From Lama glama (taxonomy: Eukaryota), in assembly GCA_028534125.1 (NCBI GenBank), contig CM052841.1:67518001-67582000 (forward strand): a stretch of 64,000 nt of DNA. Reading direction: 5' to 3'. The notes below the pieces were generated by a model. That model was not told where the DNA came from, did not search any database, and worked only from the letters and a program-made list of their open reading frames with translations. Each line of letters opens with the position of its first letter. The stretch's first letter is position 1. Below, one piece after another: positions 33,109 through 46,847 of this stretch. The translations under genes and the position numbers were made by a program.

Positions 33109-36100
33109 ACAAGTGTAATTCTTTTCCAGGGAAAATTTGCTTATGTTATTTAGGTTCATACTTTAAATGATGGCTGTTTGGGGCCATGGCTCCGTTTCAG
33201 TGAACTCTGGGATCCTATGGAGATTCCGGGGCCCTCAGTGTGGTGGCACCAGCCCTCCGCTCTGGAGGGCCTAAAGTGGTGGTGCAGGGCTCACACCTGG
33301 GCAGGGCGGTGGGGCGGCTCAGCCCGGTGATGCCAGGGTCTCCGGGGGGGGAGGAGCTGGCGCCAGCTGGCTGAGTGGAGGGGTGTGGGAGGGAGGCCAG
33401 CGATCTTGCAGGACCTCTTCTCTCACCTGAAACAGGTGGAGTGCAGGCATCAGCATAAATGATGGGGTAGGGGCACCTAAGGGGGAGAAGTGCCAGGAGG
33501 GAAGCGAGGGAGAGGTAGGTGCTCCCCGACCCCGGTGTCCTCCCCGCTGTCTTCACGGCGCCCCACCTCTGGAGGGGCAGTGGTGCTTCACCTGCCTTCC
33601 TGCCTGGAGGGCGGGCTCGCCCTTCCCCTAAGGAAGGACTGCAGTAGCGCAGAACAGAGATCAGAAGACTGCAGGGCGGGGAAGGTGACCCTCGAGAGGA
33701 GGGGACGACTCGCGCTCAGCTCCAGAGCGTTGTTGTTGTTGTGTTGTTGTCGTCGTCAGGGCACATTTCAAACACAGCACAGCAGATCCCCACGATCCAC
33801 GCAGGTTTGACAAGGATCGGCCCTCGGCCAGCCCTTTCCTGTGGTCCAGCCCCCACCCGCCACCGTCCACCCAGTCACCGTGAAGCTGGTCCCTGACGGC
33901 AAGTCCCACACAACTCTCATCTGCATTCACAGCATGTTAAGCACGTGCACTTCTGTCTTTGTGGCGCCATCAGTGCGGGAGGGCATCCCCACCTAAGGGA
34001 CACAGAGGGGCTCAGCCAGTCCAGTACACTGAGTGGGGAGGGGAGGAGTTGGCGCCACTGACCCCCAGGCTCTCAGCCCCTCTGTGAGCTGGGAGGGCAG
34101 GGACCTTGCTTCCTCCCCGTCCCAATGTGCCTGGGCTCAGTACAGGTGCTAAGACACCTAGAAGTGACCATGCCGCAGTCCTCCATCTGTGAAAGGGGCA
34201 CAAACTGCACCTGTCTCACCGGCCACTGCGGGGAACGCAGGCATTCAGCACGTAGGTTGCTCAGGGCCCTCAGAGCACTCGCGCTGGGTCTTGGCTTCAT
34301 GCTGCTGTGAGTTTCAGGCACGAGGTCAGTGTTCAGGCGCCGTGGCTCATCGAGGGGCCTCAGGAGAGAACTCAGAGACCACCCTCGGTCCTGTACAGAC
34401 CTGAGGAAGACCCGGGCTGGGCTCCTGGTGCAGACTCTGGACTCTTCTGCCAGTTACAGCCACGGAAGGGGACACTCCTGAGGCGGGACACCCCGCTGTC
34501 TGCTGTTGGGAGGGGCCTGGATTCACTGTGTGAGCTGCCCCTGAGTGACTTGACCGCAGTGATGAGTCCCTCCTCCCGGGCTCAGAGCTGGGCAGCTCCT
34601 AGTCCCTGGGGTCTCAGGCCGCCACCGAGAGTAGGCCGGGCCAAGCAGCAGAGGGGACAACGTGGGTCCAGGCCTGGCTCAGCCTGGAGGCTGTGGGTGG
34701 GGACCAGAGGGAGCTTTCTGCTCAGGGTCACTTCGGCTGGAGCCCCCAGGAATGTCCCTGCTGGAGGGCTGGCCCCAGACAGCAGCTTTGCTGGCATTTT
34801 GCTGAGGGTGGAGTCCTCCAGTTCCAGGACCCTGGCCTGGGGCTACCTGGGAGCGTAGGGGGCTGGTGGCAGGTCCGGTGTCCTGCCAGGTGGGCTGTGA
34901 GGGGGCGCAGCAAGGGAGCCCTGAAGGCAAGTCGAGCGTCTTACCGGGAGGCCTCACTGAGCCAGGGGGCGGGCCTCTGGCCTTGGGGTCGTTTTGCGGA
35001 CAAATAAATTCAGACCTGGAGGACTTCGAGGTCCCCAGGGGCACAGGCCCCTGAGAAGCGAGGGACCGGAGTCCGGTGCCCTGCGGTTGGAAGCCGCCGT
35101 TGGGGCTGTGTTTGAGCCGCGCAGACCTGTTCTGAGACCCGCGGCCGGAGGGGCGTTCAGATCTGTCTCAGGGTCCCTCCTGTCCAGGGCAGAGCTGGCG
35201 CCCCCTGTCTGCCGGGCACCCTGTTGGGGAGCTTCCCCTGTGCAGGTGGCGGTGCCCAGATGGAAAGCACTGCAGCCCAGCCTCCAGGGCCGTGGGTTTA
35301 GCTCTTGTGCCACCAAACGTGGGTTTGGGGGCTTCAACCTTCCGTGCTCGAAGAACTAAATTGAAAGCTGCTCTTAAGTGGAGATGTTCACTCCATTTTT
35401 CCTGTTCATGCCCTCCCAATGGCTTCAGCGCTGCCAGGGCCGCGGTGGGGCAGAGGAGGTGCGGGGGGCCTCCCGTCCTCACACACCCTGCGGCGCCCTG
35501 GGCCCCGCAGCGGGGACGGGCTCCCACCTCCCCTTCCTGGCCGGGGCCTGTCCGATTACAAACAGCTGCTTGGCCCGCGAGCAGGATTCGCAGACACTGG
35601 GGAGGACTGTTGTCGAGGGCGGGAAGGCCCAGGGTGGCGTGGGGGGCTTCTGCACCCTGGAGAGCTGGGAGCTGCCGGGCGGGCCAGTTGGCTTGGCCGT
35701 CCTGCAGGCCCTCGGGTGCATCCATCACTCTGCGAGCGCATGGAGATGAGCCTAAAGGATCGTCAGCCTTTGGACCTGGGGGGTCCAGGGGCTGCTGGTC
35801 CGAGTCAGCCCTGGGGTCCTGGCCCCTCGGAGGCCTCGCCTTAACCCAGAGAACTGAGTAGAAGGAGTGCGTGACACAGGAGAGAGGAGTGTCTGCCTGA
35901 GAATTTTCTCCGAAGGCGAAGAGTCGGATTCTCTGGGATGTTTTCCTTTCTTTAACTTTATCCTGAGTGCCTTTTCACATTGTTTTATCCCTGATGGCAT
36001 CTTTCCAGCGTCTGAGGCATCCCCATTTTGCAGGCAAGAAAACTGAGGCTCACGGAAGCCCCACAGCTGGCAAGTGGCAGAGTTAGAGCCTTTAAAATGG

Positions 36101-36111
36101 CATTTGAAGGC

Positions 36112-36222
36112 GGGGGGAGAGTGTAGCTCAGTGCTAGAGTGCCTGCTTAGCATGCATGAGGTCCTGGGTTCAACCCCCATGGATAAATAAATAAACCGAA
36201 TTACCTCCTCCCACTTAAAAAT
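36112..36222 (+). mobile_element. Vic-1-type SINE next to a MIR remnant (~36015-36095)
   Basis: GGGGGGAGAGTGTAGCTCAGTGCTAGAGTGCCTGCTTAGCATGCATGAGGTCCTGGGTTCAACCCCC with A and B boxes. Imperfect TSD AATGGCATTTGA / AATAGCATTTGA. Confidence 0.9.
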
Positions 36223-39200
36223 AATAGCATTTGAGTTGTCAAAATTGGGTATCATCCAGCCTCCTGGGAACTGGGCCTTTGGATAGCAGACGTCACAGTG
36301 AGCTTTGGCCCCCTCAGAGGCCTGGCCTCTTTTGTCTCTTAGTGAGGAGGGTGGTGAAACCTGGTGGCCGCCCACACTTGTCCCCTGGGGTCCAGGCTGG
36401 GGGTGGGTGCCAGGCCTGGGTTCAGGGGGATGCAGCGCTGCATTCAGCCCCCACTTTGCAAAGCCACCCTGAGTCCTGGGCCCTCAGTGTCCTGCTCATG
36501 CTGCTCAGATGAGACCTACAGGATTAGATCTTGAGCCCTGCGTTCAGCTGCCAGTGGCATGTTTGTATACGGGGTCAGCGGAGGGGGGCCCTTGTTCTGA
36601 GTCAGTTTTTCCATTTTAGGGGGAAGGAAAGAGTGATGGGGAGGATTCTAGCCAGGTAAGCCCTGCCTGTTTAATGTCAGTTCACACACGAAGAGAGAGA
36701 CCCCTGGGACCCTGTGCCAGCAAACCAAATGTTGCAAGAGGTGCAGGTGGGGAACACTCAGACCACTCCCCCTCGGAGGGCAAGGTCGGGGTCGAGCAGT
36801 TGAGCAGATGTTCCCAGGGTGAGGCTGGTGTGGCTCAGCCATCACCTCTTCCGGGTCAGGGCAGCTGGACCAGGACAGCATCCACAGCTTTAAACCATCA
36901 GCGTTTCCAAAGGAGACAATCAACCGCCCTGAGGGGAGCCTGCCCAGCGGCCTGATTCCTGAGCGCGCCCTTGTCGGGAGCCCGACGCCGGCGAGTCGGC
37001 GGCCTGCCGGGGACCGGGCGCGAGAGGCCTGTTCTCGGTTTTCCCGTGGGGTGGCTCCTGAGTCTTCGAGGACTGTCAGCATCCTCAAGTTCTGCTCCTG
37101 GGAGGCCCACCTCTCCCACTGACCGGGCCGGGCAGGTTCTACTGGGAAAAGTTGGGGAGTTGCAGGGAATAGGGCTCAGCCTGCAGAGGTGGTCCCGGAC
37201 ATTTCTAGGTGTAGGTCACGTCAGTTGGCCGAGGTCACGGGAAACAACGGGGAGGCAAGACCCTGGCTCACTGTTCGGACGTCATGTTTCAAGGCCAAGT
37301 GTGGTGCGCCCCACCTAGAGGCCCGGGGCGGTACTGCAGCCCAGCTCTGCGGGACCGACACCCGGCGTGGCGGGGGCGGGGCTGCCACGCTCCGGTGCCG
37401 TGACCTCCAGAGCGTCCTTTGTCCCGTGCCTCAGCCTCTTCGCGTGCAGGACGGAGCCGAGGATGTCTTCCTTGCAGGTTTGGGTGAGGGCTGAAGAGGC
37501 ACAGTTCAGACCTCCAGGCGGGCAGCGTCTCTCTGGATCTGCCGCTTCCCGCGGTGCCCGCTGCCGGTAGGGCCGGGGGCTCAACAGAGAGCCAGGGATG
37601 GAGCTGAACGTGCTCGGTAAACCCGGAGGGCGTCGGCCCACGCGGTGTGAGCGGCTCTCCCAAGCAGAGTGGGCGGGCGTGCGGGGGCTGGGCTGCTCCC
37701 GGGGGATGGGAGGACCTCGCCCTCTGGCAGAGGCAGGTGTCCTGGTCCTGGTGCCCCTGGAGAGGCCAGAGGGGAGAGGGGGCAGGGGCCTGCCAGGGTC
37801 GCTCTGGAGCGCGGTCAGGCGAGCGTGGGCGGACAGCCGGGGGGCGAGCCCCTCGGCGTTCGCCGGGTGGAGTCTGCGGGCTCGGGGCTCTGCTGGGCGG
37901 TCGACGCTGACGTCAACCTCCAGGCTTCGCGGGCAGTCTGGGCCACCCCGACCCTTCGCGGACGCCCAAGCAGATGGCCTGTTTGCGGCAGGGTGCGCGC
38001 GTGCGTGTCAGGTGCACCTAGGCGGGTTTGAGCCCCGTCCTGGGGTCTCCGGTCACACGGGCACTGATGCGCTGGCCGCGGCGCTGGCCGCCTCCTGCAT
38101 GTTGCGTGCCTGACACCCACGGTTCTTTGCGTTACCCAACACGCCCCTGAGGTCAGTCGCGTGAGGATTTGTCCCAGTGACTCAGCAGACAGGGAAGAGG
38201 CTTTGATTTGAGCGCGGCTCTGTGCGGCACCGCGGCTGCCCCCTCCGAGAACCCCACCCGCCCCGCCCTCTGGGTAGTTTGCCCCGCTGTCACCCTGCTC
38301 CTTATCTGTGATCGCTCCAGATGACTCTTCGCAGGCCCTTTCACGCCAGGCTCCTTTCATTCCAGGATCAACGTCTTACCCTGTAAATAACTTCCAGAAA
38401 CTCTTGCAGCCATGTTTTGGAATTCTTTACATACTGCCGGTTTCGGCCTGTTCTTCTTCACTTCTGAGCCCTCACCTGGAATGGCTTCTGTTCTCCAGGA
38501 CTTCCCGGGGGGTGACAGCATCACTCACGCTGCCCTGGGACGCCGCCTCCTGCTTCTCCACCGGGAGCGCGGGCGCCGGCGTCGTGAGCACCACGTGCTC
38601 AGAGCTGCCCTCCCCGGGCCGGCTGTTCTGTCGCGTCTGCCTCTTGGTTTCCACGGTCTGCCTTCCTGTGCTGAACTTAAGCCTGGACAAAAAGCACTGG
38701 GCTCCCGCAGTATCTGGGAAGGCGTGTCTGGTTGATATCTCGGCAGAAAAAAAAAAAAAGAAAGAGAAAGAGAAATGCTCTGAAGAGGGGTAGCCTGGTC
38801 TTCTCCCTGTCACTTGCTACGGTGCTGTCCGGTCTGATTTCTGCAGTAGTGGCTGCAGCCGTGAATCTCTGCCCCCCCAGGGGCCCCGACATCCTGCTGT
38901 GCTGAGCAGCTTCCCATCTCTGGGGTGTGTCAGCTGCACTTTTAGTGCACTTTTCTCTGACGACCCGCTGCTCCCCTCATCCTACTGCCCAGATCCTGCC
39001 TTCCACGCTGACTTCCTAGCGTCCTGGGAGGCCCCGGGCTGGTACTGTCATGCTGGTGCCAGCAGGACAGATGCGGCCTGGTGCTGGCCGGGCACACAGC
39101 GTTTTCTGTCTGGGCCTTTCCAGGCTCCCTGATGGGCCGTTCCTATTCCTGGGCGGCGGGCAGAGGGGCCGCCAAGCAGCAGGGCGGCCCGGCTGGAGAA

Positions 39201-40084
39201 CTCCCCGGCTCGGTCTCCCCCTTGTGTCCTCGCTGCCCGTGGGACCTCAGCTCCCCCCAGCCCTGTTCCCGGCCTCAGCTCTCCCTCCTCAGAGGGACAG
39301 GGAGATGTGGGCACCCGGCAGCCTGGGTGGCAGGAGCTAACGTGTGTGGAGCACCCGGGCTGCGGAGGCGATGCCCGGGGTCTGTTGTTAATCACGTCTT
39401 CCCTGGGCCACAGATTCTGTGACCACATCTGTGACTCGAAACTCTGGAACTGTTGGCGACGGAGGAGCTCGCTGCCTCGTGAACTGAGCCTTGTTTGTGC
39501 CCGTGCGCACCTCCGCGTGCCCTGCCTGCTGGGTTAGGCGCGTGGTGGGAAACGCACGCGAGACGCTGCCTCTGAATTACACCCCCCTAATGTTTTTGTG
39601 GGCGCCTGCAGGGCTGAAGGCAGCGTGTGTGGCTTTGCCAAGGGGGTGGTTGAAGAGATCGTCATCCCCAAATGCAATTCAGCAACTAATGAGCACCTGC
39701 TGTATGCACACTGCTGTGCCGGGGCCATTGGATGTGGCCGTGCTGGGAAGCCTCACACCCTGGGCCCGCGGGAGGGGGCGCCCTTGCCCAACACGGGCTG
39801 AGCCCCTGGCCTTGGAAACCAGGGCTCCCCATCCTGGGGTCAGTGAGCCATGACCCCTGGATGTTCCCAGGCTCAGCTAGCCTCACTTCCCTTGTGCTGC
39901 TCCGTTTACATGACAGTCCCCGAGGAAGGAAGAGTCGCGTCCTCTGAGTGCCGGACACTGGAGGTCAGAGGTCAGTCAGACCCACGCTGACGGCATGGGC
40001 GGGGCCGGGGCCAGGCTGGGCCCTGACTGTCCAGCTCTGTGTCCCTCTCCTTCAGTGTCTTCCTCCGCCTTTTCGCCTTTAACT

Positions 40085-40131
40085 TTCTATATGTATATAT
40101 GTATATATACATATATGTACATATATATATT
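40085..40131. repeat. (TA)n/(TATG)n microsatellite
   Basis: TATATGTATATATGTATATATACATATATGTACATATATATAT. Confidence 0.9.
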
Positions 40132-40659
40132 TTAGTGAAAAAGTTACATGTTCATTAGAGGCATTTTGGAAAATCAGATAAAATAGAAAGAAGAAAATAA
40201 GGATCACCCATAACGCCCAGACTCCAACTCCGCTGGCTCTGCGCACAGAGAACAAGGAGGGAAGAGACCTCCCGGCGTCTGACCTGGAAGCTCCCGGGGG
40301 CACGCTGGGCCAGGGGCCCTGCCCACACCGGCACCCCCTCCCTGCAGAGGGAGGCCTCGGAGCCCAGCTGGGGCGTCCTCACTTTGCGTGGTACGGAAGG
40401 CACTCTGTCCCCACCTGTGACAGCTGGCAAACAGCCTAATTTACTTCAAGAGCCTCCCATTGCTGGGCGTGGGGGCATTTCCCACTTTTTGATATTGTAG
40501 GTGGCTGTGCTTTCATGAAGCACACCGATTCGGGCTTCACCTGACCTGCTTCCACTGTGGGGGCTCACACATACCGTCCTGGGGGAGGAGAGTGTCCTAG
40601 GGGGATGGGTGAGCAGCAGAACCTCCCTTCCATGTGGGACATGAAGAGGGTGCAAAGCC

Positions 40660-41750
40660 ATCACTCTGGCTTTTCAGTCACTTAGAGTTTGATAAAGGTG
40701 ACCTTTCACATTGGCTGGAAAAGAAAGGATTAGTCATTGAAATGGGCTGGGATCATGAAGAAGCCATCTGGGAAAAAGAACTTGGATGCTGCCTCACCCT
40801 TGCACCAAAACGTATTCCAGATGGATCAGTGATTGTGAACGTTAAAAACAAAACCATCAAACCACTAGAAGAAAATATGGCAGACTGGGCTTTATGATCT
40901 CGGGATGAGAAGGTCTTTCTCAGTATGACATAAGCCGGAGAAGTTATAAAAGAAAAAAAAACTAACTCTGTAAGATCAAGACTTTTCTCTCTGGCCAGAA
41001 CAACCCCCCAAACAACCCATCGCCATAAGAAAAGAGTAAGAAAATACGTGTCTCGCAGAAAAGGGGGTGTCACGCTGTTATATTCAAAGACTCCTGCAAA
41101 TCAGTAAGAAACAGCCAGGACCCAAAGCGAAAAAAAAAAGAAAAGTGGACAGAAGACACCAATGGTTCTTAGAAGGGCCCAGGGGCTGTTGGATGTGTGC
41201 GGCTGCACTTGGCCTTACTCGCCGCGCTTACAAGAAGGGAGCGCCGGTGAAGCCCAGGGAGACCCGCTTCTCCTCCGGCCCCGCGGGCCAAGAGCAACCA
41301 CGGGGAACGTGCACTGCTGGCTCTAGCAGGGGGTGGTGGGTGTCCTCCTGGGCTGTGCGTCTACAAAAGGCTTTTGCAGTGTCTGTCGGAATCTTAAAAT
41401 GCACGTACTCTGACCGGCGACTCCACAGCTGGGGGTGCCTCCTGTCGATACGCGCACACGAGTGTGCAGACACCGGTGCTTAGAGCAGCCATGGAGCCCT
41501 CCTGCAAGGGCAGAGGGCTGATATATCCAGGTGCACATCTGGGAGCTGTTCAGACAAGTGACTGAGCGGTTCTGGAAGAGAACACGGAGCAGCAGCTATG
41601 AGAGTGGGGTTTAAATGCCTTCACGCTTCCTGAAATGGATCAGTCTCCAAGACGCACAAGTAAAGGAAGGCCACGCGAAGAATGTGCCGCTCAGGATGAA
41701 TCCACCTCTGTCAAACAGACACCGAAATCCAGGCCTGCATATTTGCAGAT
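40660..41750 (+). mobile_element. Old L1ME-type 3' fragment
   Basis: TTTGATAAAGGTG...GCACCAAAACGTATTCCAGATGGATCAGTGA...AAAACCATCAAACCACTAGAAGAAAATATGG. Confidence 0.72.
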
Positions 41751-42204
41751 GGCAAGGAAGGACACACTAAAATTGGGACTCGTGGTTTTTTTTAGAGGGG
41801 CATCTGAGTACGTGGGGGTGCGCTTCTCTCCAGCACCTTTTGAGTTGGGTGAGTGTGTTGTTAAAACAGGTGGGCTGGTTGGGTTGGTGGCCCTGGGTGC
41901 TGTGTGCCTCTCCTGCAGGTGGGCAGATGCTTTTGGCTGGAATGATTCGGTCAATTAAAAAGGTTTGTGGTCCAAAAAAAGAAAAGAAAAGAAAAGAAAT
42001 AAAACCTACTCAGGAAGGGGCAGACTGGATGGATTGAGCACGTAACATTCAGTGATCATTTGAAAATAGGAACACACACTTGCAGGTTTTCAGAACTGAA
42101 ATCAACAACCCCCATCCACCCAGTCTATAGGTGGGGATAGGGAGGGCCCTAGAGTCACACAGCAGATGGAGGGCAGAGCCCTATAGGCACTGTCTGTCTT
42201 AACC

Positions 42205-42326
42205 CTCCATTCATTCATCCATCCATCCGGACATCTGTCCATCCAACCAGACGTCCACACATCCAAACGACCGTCCATTCATCTGTCCAACCAACCATCC
42301 ATCCATTCAAACATCCATCCATCCAT

Positions 42327-42357
<31 letters not shown>

Positions 42358-42505
42358 TCTGTCTATCCAACCAACCATCCATTCATCTATCCAACTGTCC
42401 ATCCATCCATCCATCCATTCATACACCCACTGACCCACACCTTAAATCCACCCATTGATCCAGATCATAAATCCATCCACCCACCCACCCACTGATCCAT
42501 CTATT
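42205..42505. repeat. Degenerate (CATC)n/(CCAG)n tetranucleotide tract
   Basis: Runs of CATCCATC with an internal CCAGCCAG run. Confidence 0.92.
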
Positions 42506-43084
42506 CTTTCATCAGAGCTCTGGGGGGCCCCCTCCACGAAACCACTTTCCATTTTTGCATCAGATTGTATAGGACCATCCGAGACTTCCACTCTCTACAC
42601 TAGAGCTCCCGAGGGCAGGGAACCACTGACTCACTTCGGAATCTGCCGTGCTTAGCATGGCACCGGGCACAGCTAGCTCCTCCTCAGGTTTATTGGCTTG
42701 AGTTGAGAGGCAGGATAAATCCCACTGCAGCAGCAGCGGGCAGTGCCGTCAGGGTAACAGTGGGGTGCTGACAGCTTTTTAAGAGTTCAGGAGAGATGGG
42801 AAGCCCATGGCTCTGGAGCAGCTGTGGGAGGTAAAGTGGGGCTCTCAGCAGAGGAGGGCATGGACAGGTGGGGAAGAGAAGGCCTCCATTTGGCAGTCAA
42901 AGATAAGATAAAGTCCACCTTGGGAGCTGGGAGGCGGAGAGTCCACGTTTCAAGGTATTTGGTCCTAGACTCAGAGATCAGACTAACGCTCCAAGTGCTT
43001 TCACTGACTTTCCTTGACTGTGAAAATAAAGCATACTCATTACAGCAAAGTTGGGAAAAATGAAAATGCCCTTTTCTTTCCTTT

Positions 43085-43345
43085 CTGTCTGGTCTGCTTG
43101 GGCTGCTGCAATAAAACACCCCGGATTGGGTGGCCTAAGAACAACAGAAATTTATTTCTTGTCGTTCTGGTGGGTGGGACGTCCAAGGTCGAGCCACCAG
43201 CCTGGGTGGGGGAGGCCCCCTTTCTGGTCCATAGCTGGCGTTCCTTGCTGTGTTCTCACACGATGGAAGGGGCGGGAGAATTCTCTAGAACTGTCATTGT
43301 TGGGGCTCAGGATTTCGCCGTAGGGACTTTGGGGGGACACAGACT
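43085..43345 (-). mobile_element. MLT1A-like LTR
   Basis: GTCTGCTTGGGCTGCTGCAATAAAACACCCCGGATTGGGTGGCCTAAGAACAACAGAAATTTATTTCTTGTCGTTCTGG. Confidence 0.82.
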
Positions 43346-45724
43346 TGCCCCCCACCCCCCCTTTGTGGCTGAGCGCACGTGTGGAAACAGTGCTGTGCGT
43401 CCGGACGCGCGGACACTTCCCGCGCCGCTCGCAGCAGGCCCTCTGCCGGCAAACTGGGCTGCCGGCGTCCCGCTGGGGGCTTGTTCTGGGCTCGCTTTGC
43501 AGCCCCTCTCGCGTTGGGCCGGGGCTGTTGCCGGCTGCTCGGATTATAAATAACACCTGGATGAACATCTTTTGGTGAATCCTTTGTGCCTCTGTGACTG
43601 TTTCCTCAGGGTGGGTTCCTAGACGTTGAGTCACTGCGTCAGAGCAGGAAGGACTTCAAGCCCGTTTACTGCAGAATTGCATTCCCACTAACCACGGGCA
43701 GCTCCTGCCCGGCTGCTGCGCCCTGGCAGCCTTATCCTCGGGAGCTAAACCCGGGTGGACCCACGGATAGCACCGGGACACCCACCCTGCCGTAGGCCGG
43801 TCACCCCCCTCTTCTGCTTCTGGGAGGCAGCGATACCTGGGAACTGACATGGCCATCGCTGGGCCTGTGACCCATCCCAGGTCACCTGGGCATTTAGGGT
43901 CGCCGACGTTTCCTCGTCTGGAGAGCGGAGTGGCACCTCCTACCCCACGGAGTTGCTGACAGGTGTTGGATTATTACTAACAGTTTCAGCGCACATGCCT
44001 TCCAAGCTTTAGACGCTGCTTTCAGTCAGTCAGAACCATGAGGGCATCTTCTCGAACCTCACAGTCAACAGATGCTAATTGTTCCCCCCCCCCCACCGTC
44101 TCCCGGGCCGTCTGTGCGTTTGCCGAGCCGCTGCCGTGGCTGGTTGAGTGGACAGTGCTGTCAGGGTCCTGCTGATGATTGGGTCTCATTCCCACCGAGG
44201 CGGTCACATTGGATGTGTGTGCTGGTGTCCGCACTGGAGGAGCGGGGAGGAGCGGGCTGGGCGGGGCTCGCGGCGGGGAGGACCACGGAGATGAGTGCTG
44301 GGCCCGGCTGGGCAGGGGAGAGGGAAGCGTGCTCTCACTTTCGGGCAGCAGTCTGCTCAGCTGCAGGGGTGGACGCGGGATTCTTGTCCGTGAATCTTCC
44401 AGTGGTGGACGTGGGCTCACGGGGGTCTATGCACATTTGTCCTTCACCTACGTCCAGGAGGGCTGAGGGTGTGAGCCTACCTGGAGAGCCCGCAGCTGTC
44501 CACCCGGGGCGGGGGGCCCTGAAGCTTGACTTCATTAAGCCAGAAAATCCAGCTGCGACTAGAGATGCAGACTTGTCGGTGATGGCTGTGGACGCTGGCT
44601 CTGAGTCTGGCTGCCTGAAGTGGTACCTTCTGGGCGGGGGGGGAGCAGGACTTGGATAGAGTCATCACACGCTTCTGTGTTCATGTGATGTCCATGCACC
44701 TGTTTTGAGTCCTATTTAGAGTCTTGAAAACTTTCATAGCTCATAGTGATTGAAAGATGCCTTCCGATCCTGGGGGACGCACCGTGCCATGTGGGAGTGA
44801 CCGGTGCAGTGTTCTTTGACTGGAATCCCATAATTGAATAACGTGATTTCAGAGTCGAATCTGTAGAACCACCGGGACAGCAGCACCCTTCTGCACCTGT
44901 GCTCTGCCCGCAGCATCCTTAGGGGCTGAATGAGGATCGGCACCTTTGGGTGAGTGTCTGAAGGCCTTGACGGTCCAGACAGTGGCTTTATTTAAGTACC
45001 AGGAAATAATCCTTTAACTTTGTCGGCCACATTGTTTGCTTTGTGACATTTAATAGGTGTTAAAACCATCATCTGCCTCTAAAGCTGTCTTTTTTGAAAG
45101 AGAATTTCAAGGCGAATCCCAGCTGACGGCAGGGCAGGAAAACGAGGGGCCAGCAGATGCTGTTGCCTCTGTCCACCTGTCGGTCCAAAGGGCAGGGGCC
45201 TGACTGAGGGGGCCCCATGACAACGCCTGGTGTGGGGGTCCCACCTCAGATGTCAGACTCTGCCCAATGGAGACATTCCTGAGAAGTGCAAATGGTGTTT
45301 TGTCTTACAAAGACCAGTTAAAAGTACCCCGTTACCCAGGCAAAGGCCAGAGGATCTGTGACTCCTGCGTTTTTAGGAAGGCCTGGGAAAGGGCAGTTGT
45401 TTAGCTATGTAATGCCATTTCCTGCTGGACATTAATGGGCATTCATTATGCCATTAATTTGTTATAAAAGCAACATACGTCCGCCATAAAATTGTTAAAA
45501 GCTACTAAAAAGTGTAAAGAAGGAAATAAAAGTTCATCAAAATCCCTTACTTTTTAAACCACAGTGCTGCTGCTCATGGTGCTGTGAAGGTTTCTGTTAA
45601 GTGCAGCCAAATAAATTACCAATTGAACATTTTGATGTATTTATTTTCCAGTACTTTTTTTGTGCCTGCTTTTATAAAATTAGGAAAACATACTACTGTG
45701 TAATTGTTTTAAACTAAAAATATG

Positions 45725-46847
45725 AGGAGCAAATCCCTGTAAATGGGGACTAAAAGGGAACTTCCTCCATCTGATAAAGGATGTCTTTGTAAAATCTACA
45801 TACAGAGTGCATTTCCTGCTGAAGGTTAGGGAAAAAAGCAAAAATATCTGCTCTTACTACGCCTATTCAACATTGTGTGGCGATGCTAGCCAGTGCAATA
45901 AGGCAAGAAAAGGAACCAAAAGGCATGTAACTGGAAAGGAAGAAATAAAACTGTCTTTATTTGAAGAGCACATGATTTCTATGTTAAACATACTAGGAAA
46001 TTTACACAAAAGTTTCTAGAACTAATGGGTATGTTTAGCATGGTCAAAGGAATCAAAACCAACATGCAAAAATCAGTTCTCTGTCTAGATAGTAGAAATG
46101 AACAATTAGAAATAGAAACGTAAATAGCCATTACAGGACCAGCAAAAATATGAAATACTTAGAGATGCATTTGACAAAATACCTGTGCACTGAAAGTGAC
46201 AAAACATAACTTAGAGATATTAAAGAAGATGTGAAGAACTGGACAGATATACCATTCTCATGGACAAAAAGGTTTAGCATTGTTAAGATACCATTTTCTC
46301 CAGATTCAATGCAATACCATTTAAAATCCTAGCATGCGTTTTTAAGAAATATATTGACAAGATGACTCTGAAATTTTTCTGAAAATGCAAAGGACTTAAA
46401 ATAACCAAACCAAAACAATGAGTATTGGAGGCCTTATAGTCTGTGATTTTAGGACTTAACGATAAAGCTACAGTGATCAAGGTGTTATGGGGTTGATGGA
46501 AGGATAGGCATGTAGACCAGTGGAACAGCGTAGACTCACACATATATGATCGTTTGATGTTTGGCAAAAGCACTAAGAAAATTCAATGGTGAAAATAGTT
46601 TTTACTCATGAATGGTGCTGGAACACTGAGACATCCATTAGCAAAAATAAAAAATTTGCTTCCAATCATATGTGAAAAATAGGAGGTATCATAGACCCAA
46701 AGGTGAGCATTACTAGTATAAAGGAGATCACCATTTTATGACCTTGAATTGGGCAAAAATTTCCTACAAAATCCACAAGAAACATGAGCCATAGGACAAT
46801 GGATAGATTGGATTTCATCACGTTCAAAGCTTCTGCTCTCCAAAACA
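45725..46847 (+). mobile_element. L1 ORF2 fragment (RT to C-terminal region), non-coding, running into a gap
   Basis: CCTATTCAACATTG..GCTAGCCAGTGCAATAAGGCAAGAAAA..GGAAAGGAAGAAATAAAACTGTCTTTATTTG, i.e. A.AIRQEK/GKEEIKLSLF-like. Many stops and indels. Confidence 0.92.

Noticed and set aside
36112-36185. tRNA gene
   Set aside because: A and B boxes are present, but it continues into a SINE tail with a TSD and has diverged copies elsewhere in the window, so it is a tRNA-derived SINE.
45725-46847. Active L1 reverse transcriptase gene
   Set aside because: Fragmentary, with multiple stops, frameshifts and internal deletions.
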